From Octopus sinensis (taxonomy: Eukaryota), in contig NW_021833848.1 in NCBI RefSeq assembly GCF_006345805.1, positions 1-53,655 of the forward strand: a stretch of 53,655 bases of DNA, in the 5' to 3' direction. Below the pieces are notes generated by a model. The model made no database searches. It had not been told where the DNA came from and saw nothing but the letters and a program-made list of their open reading frames with translations. Within the stretch, counting starts at the first letter, position 1, and the number at the start of each line of letters is the position of its first letter. Positions 48,060 through 53,655 of the stretch are shown here, piece by piece. The translations under genes were made by a program, and so were the position numbers.

Positions 48060-49560
48060 AATGTCATATATATTTAATATATATATATATATACACATAC
48101 GTACATACACACATATATATATATATACATACATTATATATTTACATATATATATATACATACATATATATTTACATATATACACACACAGGCATATATA
48201 TATACATATATATACACACTGACATATATATACACACATATATACACATGTATATATACATATATGTATACATACATATATACATACATGCATAAAAATA
48301 TACATACATGCACACATACACCCACATGCATGCATGCATACATACAAATGTAGATAGAGGCATAAATACACACATATTCATACATACATACACACACACA
48401 CACACACATACACACATACATACATACATACATACATACATACATACATACATACATACATACATACATACATACGCATACATATACATGAGATGACAAT
48501 ACAGACTAATGTACATCGACATTGATCAAATATTACGTGTTTCACCATCTGAATGTATGGTAAAGAGCAGATGGTGAAACGTGTGGTGATGACGACGGCG
48601 ACGACGACGACGACGACGATGATAACGATGATGATGGCGATGATGATGATGTTGATGATGAGAAGTAGGAGGAGGGCAATTAAGATGAGGGGTGATGATG
48701 ATGAGGTGATTATGATAATGACGATGACTGATAATTTCGATGACGATGGTGATGATGATGATATCTGATGATAATTATAATGATGATAACGGCGATGGTG
48801 ATAATGATGATGACGATGATGATGACGGACGACGATGATGATGGTGGTGATTATGATGATGATGATGATGATGATAACGATGATGATGGACGACGATGAT
48901 GATGGTGGTGATTATGATGATGGTGATGATGATGATGATGATGATGCTGATGATGATGATAATGATGATGACGATGATGATGGACGACGATGATGATGAA
49001 GGATGATGATGATGGTGATGATGATAACGATTGCGATTACGATAATAAAAAAAAAGATGATGATGATGATGGTGATGATGATTGAAGCGATGATAAATGA
49101 AGATGATCAAAATGATGATAAATGGTTGGCGATACTGCTGTGGGATGTTGCTGCTGCTGCTGCTGTTGTGTTTGATGTTGTTGTTGTGGTGGTGGTGGGG
49201 TGGTGGGTGATGACATGCAGTTAGTTGTGCGAATGCAATATACTGCATGATCGAGTGCAGCTGGCAAACAGCTGCACCCAGCTGATGTTGAATGCTGCAA
49301 AAGTCTTTTCACTCTATCCGCGCGCGTGTGTGCGTGTGTGGGTGTGTGCATGTGTGTGTGTGTTTGTGTGTATGTGTGGGTGGGTGCATGTGTGTGTGTG
49401 TGCATGTGTGTGTGTGTGCATGTGTGGGTGGTGCATGTGTGGGTGCGTGCATGTGTGGGTGCGTGCATGTGTGTGTGTGTGCATGTGTGGGTGTGTGCAT
49501 GTGTGGGTGTGTGCATGTGTGTGTGTGTGTGCATGTGTGTGTGTGTGTGTGTGGTTTCTG
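48060..49560. repeat. Consecutive (TA/TACA)n, (GAT/GAC)n and (GTGCATGTGT)-type tracts
   Basis: Direct reading. Confidence 0.9.
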
Positions 49561-49762
49561 TCTTAGTCTGTTGTAGATGCACGTGTATGTATGTATATGT
49601 GTGTATCTGAACACATAAAATATGCAAGCATAGGCTCGCCTCTGTACGGCTGTGTTTTGTATGCGGGTCTGTATGGGGAACATAGTCTGCGCATGCTCGT
49701 GTGTCTACATACACACACACACACACACACAGCTGTGTATATGCATATATGCACACACACAA

Positions 49763-49993
49763 GGCGGCGAGCTGGCAGAAACGTTAGCGCGCCGGGCGAA
49801 ATGCGTAGCCATATTTCGTCTGCCGCTACGTTCTGAGTTCAAACTCCGCCGAGGTCGACTTTGCCTTTCATCCTTTCGGGGTCGATTAAATAAGTACCAG
49901 TTACGCACTGGGGTCGATGAAATTGACTTAATCCGTTTGTCTATCCTTGTTTGTCCCCTTTGTGTTTAGCCCCTTGTGGGCAATAAAGAAATA
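49763..49993 (+). mobile_element. Well-preserved family A SINE monomer (head-core-tailX)
   Basis: GGCGGCGAGCTGGCAGAAACGTTAGCGCGCCGGGCG...GAGTTCAAACTCC (B box)...GACTTTGCCTTTCATCCTTTCGGGGTCGATTAAATAAGTACCAGTT; the core resembles conserved SINE central domains (Meta-like, unverified). Confidence 0.9.
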
Positions 49994-50328
49994 TATATGC
50001 ACACACACACACACATGCGCACTTACGGTGTGGTTGTGTGGTTAAGAAGTTCGCTTCGCGACTATGTACTGGCAGGTTCAATCCTACTCTGTGTGTGTGA
50101 GTGAGAGTATGGTTATGAGAGTCGAGATCAACTAATCACTAAAGTCATAGTGAGGCTGGGACCGAAGCGGTCGGTAGTCATCTGGTCACTAGAGCAAGGT
50201 CGAGGTCAGCTTGACCTATGAGCCAAAATCCACAAGTGATGATGATGATGATGGTGATGATGACGGTGGTGATGATGACGGTGGTGATGATGGCGCTGAT
50301 GATGATCATAATTATGACGATGAAAGTG

Positions 50329-50390
<62 letters not shown>

Positions 50391-50987
50391 GGTAGTGGTG
50401 TGTGACAAGCTCGCTTAAGGAAAGGCCAACATCTCATTCAAGGTCAGCGTGTATCACAGAGCAAGATCCACCACAGATGTAAGTATGGATGCTCTGAGAG
50501 ATGTTTGTCTGGTATTTGTAGTATCAACTGTTAACTATACAGGTCATACGTTTGCATTGCGTGGCAGGTAAATTCTTGTATGCCATACCCGAAGTGTTTG
50601 ATAAGTTCATAATATTCATGTTTAATTACAATAATCACGTCTTTTAATCATTTAATAAAGCATTTGTTGAGCTACTGTTGTTGTTGTTGTTATTGTTTAA
50701 AGCCGGGTCAACTTCGACAAACAGTTCTGTAATCAAAGATGTCGTAGCCGTGACCGTCTCATCTGTACAAACGTAATTTATTTCAGACTGAGCTATCCAA
50801 TATGGCCACCCGTCTTTTTTTCTCAAACATTAAAAGCAGTGTGGCGATATTTGAGAGAAAGGCATAAGCTGCTATTTATAAGCGTTTGATCGACCACATA
50901 GATGCTTCCTTCGTTGGTTCGTATTCATTGCGTAACGGTGATCAATGCTGGCTTTAGAATACGAATTTCCATTAAAGTATGTATGTG

Positions 50988-51035
<48 letters not shown>

Positions 51036-51085
51036 AACTACACACATCTACACCTATCTATCTATCTATAACACACACAACATAC

Positions 51086-51118
<33 letters not shown>

Positions 51119-51434
51119 ATATGAGCACACTCGGTTTCGACACCAGATACTACGACACATTCATACTTTAGACAGGCGTTTCCTGTACTCGCATATCAAC
51201 ATATGGAATATACTTTTTCCGGAAGCTGCAATAGGAATTATCTCGGTAGACATTTTTTTTTACCATAAGCTTTCTTAAAGGGGTTGCTTTCGCCTTCCTA
51301 AGTGCAGTGGAACACTACTTGGTTGCTCCTCTCCCACCTTCGACTGTCTTTTCCAGGTGAAATGTTCGCAGGAAGACTGATCTAATATATCGTTTGATTT
51401 GTTACACTGGGTCTCAAAACAGTGAGAAAATTAC

Positions 51435-51494
<60 letters not shown>

Positions 51495-51616
51495 ACAGAC
51501 AGACACAAAGAAAGAGGAAGTAATACATATGCCGAAAGAGAGAAAGGAAAATGAGGACTAAGAGATACCGAGAACCGGAGGAAAAGAGAGCAAGAGTGTA
51601 TGTATGTGTGTGTGTA

Positions 51617-51663
<47 letters not shown>

Positions 51664-52096
51664 AAGGAAGGAAGAAAGAGAGGGGTAAAGGAAAAGAGAG
51701 AGAGAGAGAGAAAGTAAAATTGGAAGATTAAATTATGTTAAGCATAAAAGCACAACACTTTTCGTTGAAAAACATTTTTTTATATAGGTTTGCAGCAAAT
51801 TACAACACACACACACAACCACACACATCCGACTGAGAAAGAAGAAAAGAAAATGGTGAAGTTCGCGGCGTTATTTGAAAAAAGAATACAAGATAAGAGT
51901 CGACTTTCAAAGTTCACCTCTCACCGCCACACATTCATTATACAACAACAACTACAACAACTCAGCAAGACCATCAACACACACACACACACACCACACA
52001 CCTATATGTAGAGAGAGAGAGGAGAATGATGCGTAGAGAGATGTAACTTGTGGACCATCGTAGGTATTGTGTCTGGCGATATATACAATGTCATAA

Positions 52097-52695
52097 GGCG
52101 GCGAGCTGGCAGAATCGTTAGCACGCCAGGCGAAATGCGTAGCCGTATTTCGTCTGCCGTTACGTTCTGAGTTCAAATTCCGCCGAGGTCGACTTTGCCT
52201 TTCATCCTTTCGGGGTCAATAAATTAAGTACCAGTTACGCACTGGGGTCGATGTAATCGACTTAATCCTTTTGTCTCTCCTTGTTTGTCCCCTCTGTGTT
52301 TAGCCCCTTGTGGCTAGTAAAGAAATATGTATTTCGTCTGCCGCTACGTTCTGAGTTCAAATTCCGCCGAGATCGACTTTGCCTTTCATCCTTTCGGGGT
52401 CGCTTAAATAACTACCAGTTACGCTCTGGGGTCAGTATAATGGACTTAATCCGTTTGTCTGTCCTTGTTTGTCCCCTCTGTGTTTAGCCCCTTGTGGGTA
52501 GTAAAGAAATATGTATTTCGTCTGCCGCTACGTTCTGAGTTCAAATTCCGCCGAGGTCGACTTTGCCTTTCATCCTTTCGGGGTCGATTAAGTAGATACC
52601 AGTTACGCACTGGGGTCGATGTAATCGACTTAATCTGTTTGTCTGTCCTTGTTTGCCCCCTCTGTATTTAGCCCCTTGTAGGTAGTAAAGAAATA
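52097..52695 (+). mobile_element. Family A SINE concatemer: one head plus three body units of about 185 bp
   Basis: The junction AGTAAAGAAATATGTATTTCGTCTGCCGCTACGTTCTGAG occurs at about 52317 and 52500. Confidence 0.9.
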
Positions 52696-53263
52696 GATAC
52701 ATACAATGTCATTAATATTATAATCTTGTGTGTGTGTATATATAATAGTTCTTGATGCAAACGTCTATTACTCTGAATTATATGCACAAGTAAAACGCAT
52801 GTTTGTTTGGACGTTCACCACAAGCGAAGCTTAAGCCGCGTACGACTTAAAAGGCATGTACTTATTGGCCGTTGGTAAACTGTATTTTCATTACTTGGGA
52901 TAAATTAGTTGGTGGTATCTTCTGAAAGCCACAAGCATAAAACATTAAAAGACTGCTAAGACGATGTACGATTAGCAAGCAATCCGAGATTAATTTTCAT
53001 TTGTAAAGGAAGTCTACTGTTCGTTATTCTCCTGGGTTGAAGTGTTGACTGACATTATTTTCCAAGTCAATCGGTCCGAGGGGGGAAATAATGTTCGTCT
53101 TTGATGCCAACTGGAAATCACATCAACCCAAATTTTCTGTTGGGGACACGGAGGGCTGTTTCTGTATATACAGTTTATATACAGGCCGTAACTGCAATTG
53201 CAGAATCCATTAGAATATGAGGCAAACTCTATTGACAATACTACAAGTTATAGGAGGGTGGAA

Positions 53264-53512
53264 GGCGGCGTGCTGGCAGAAACGTTAGCATGTCCGGCGA
53301 AATGCTTAGCGGTATTTCGGCTGTCTTTATGTTCTGAGTTCAAATTCCGCCGATGTCGACTTTGCCTTTCATCCTTTCGGGGTCGATTAAACAAGTACCA
53401 GTTACGCACTGGGGTCGATATAATCGACTTAATCCGTTTGTCTGTCCTCTCTGTGCTTAACCCCTTGTGGGTAGTAAAGAAACAGGTATTTCGCCTGCCG
53501 TTACGTTCGGAG
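53264..53512 (+). mobile_element. Family A SINE with the start of a second body unit
   Basis: Head, core, tail X, then GTAGTAAAGAAACAGGTATTTCGCCTGCCGTTACGTTC. Confidence 0.85.
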
Positions 53513-53606
53513 CTATAGCAGAAGACACTTGCCCAAGATGCCACGCAGTGGGACTGAACCCGGAACAATATTGTTGGTTAGCAAGTCACTTACCACACAG
53601 CCACTC

Positions 53607-53607
<1 letters not shown>
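53513..53607 (-). mobile_element. Family B SINE head abutting the family A copy, followed by (ATT)n
   Basis: GAAGACACTTGCCCAAGATGCCACGCAGTGGGACTGAACCCGG...CTTACCACACAGCCACTC. Confidence 0.85.

Positions 53608-53655
<48 letters not shown>

Noticed and set aside
708-49836. Dozens of ORFs of (YI)n, (VC)n, (HT)n, (ER)n, (LS)n, poly-Met/Asp/Val/Thr/His/Pro
   Set aside because: They are stop-free translations of di-, tri- and tetranucleotide microsatellites, open on both strands and in several frames, with no domain content.
51325-51400. Strong splice-acceptor-like tract (TTTTCCAG/G); similar at about 43885
   Set aside because: All frames close within a few codons or enter simple repeat, and no donor is found; such motifs are common by chance.

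Overview
Eukaryotic, repeat-saturated, apparently non-coding DNA (intergenic or deep intronic). I infer an octopus/coleoid cephalopod from the extreme microsatellite load and recurrent tRNA-derived SINE families. No protein-coding gene, rRNA, intact tRNA or CRISPR array can be supported; almost all listed ORFs are translations of (TA)n, (CA)n, (GA)n, (GAT)n or (CAC)n tracts. Supported content: about 30 SINE copies from at least three tRNA-headed families plus a shared tail module, two 5'-truncated RTE-clade LINE 3' ends (one with a 12-bp TSD), three hAT-type MITEs (two with near-perfect 8-bp TSDs), a piggyBac-like MITE, a pogo-like end, three non-autonomous Helitron-like elements and a near-perfect 164-bp palindrome. 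The most interesting signal is four minimal type I hammerhead-ribozyme motifs (12592, 20192, 24503, 30453). They sit in short non-autonomous elements resembling Penelope-like/retrozyme units; two share an unusual U4-to-C core variant and one has an adjacent 11-nt antisense segment that could mask it. A second theme is repeated fold-back of retroelements at internal palindromes, giving many potential long dsRNA structures. All coordinates, alignments and counts were done by eye, and family names are provisional.
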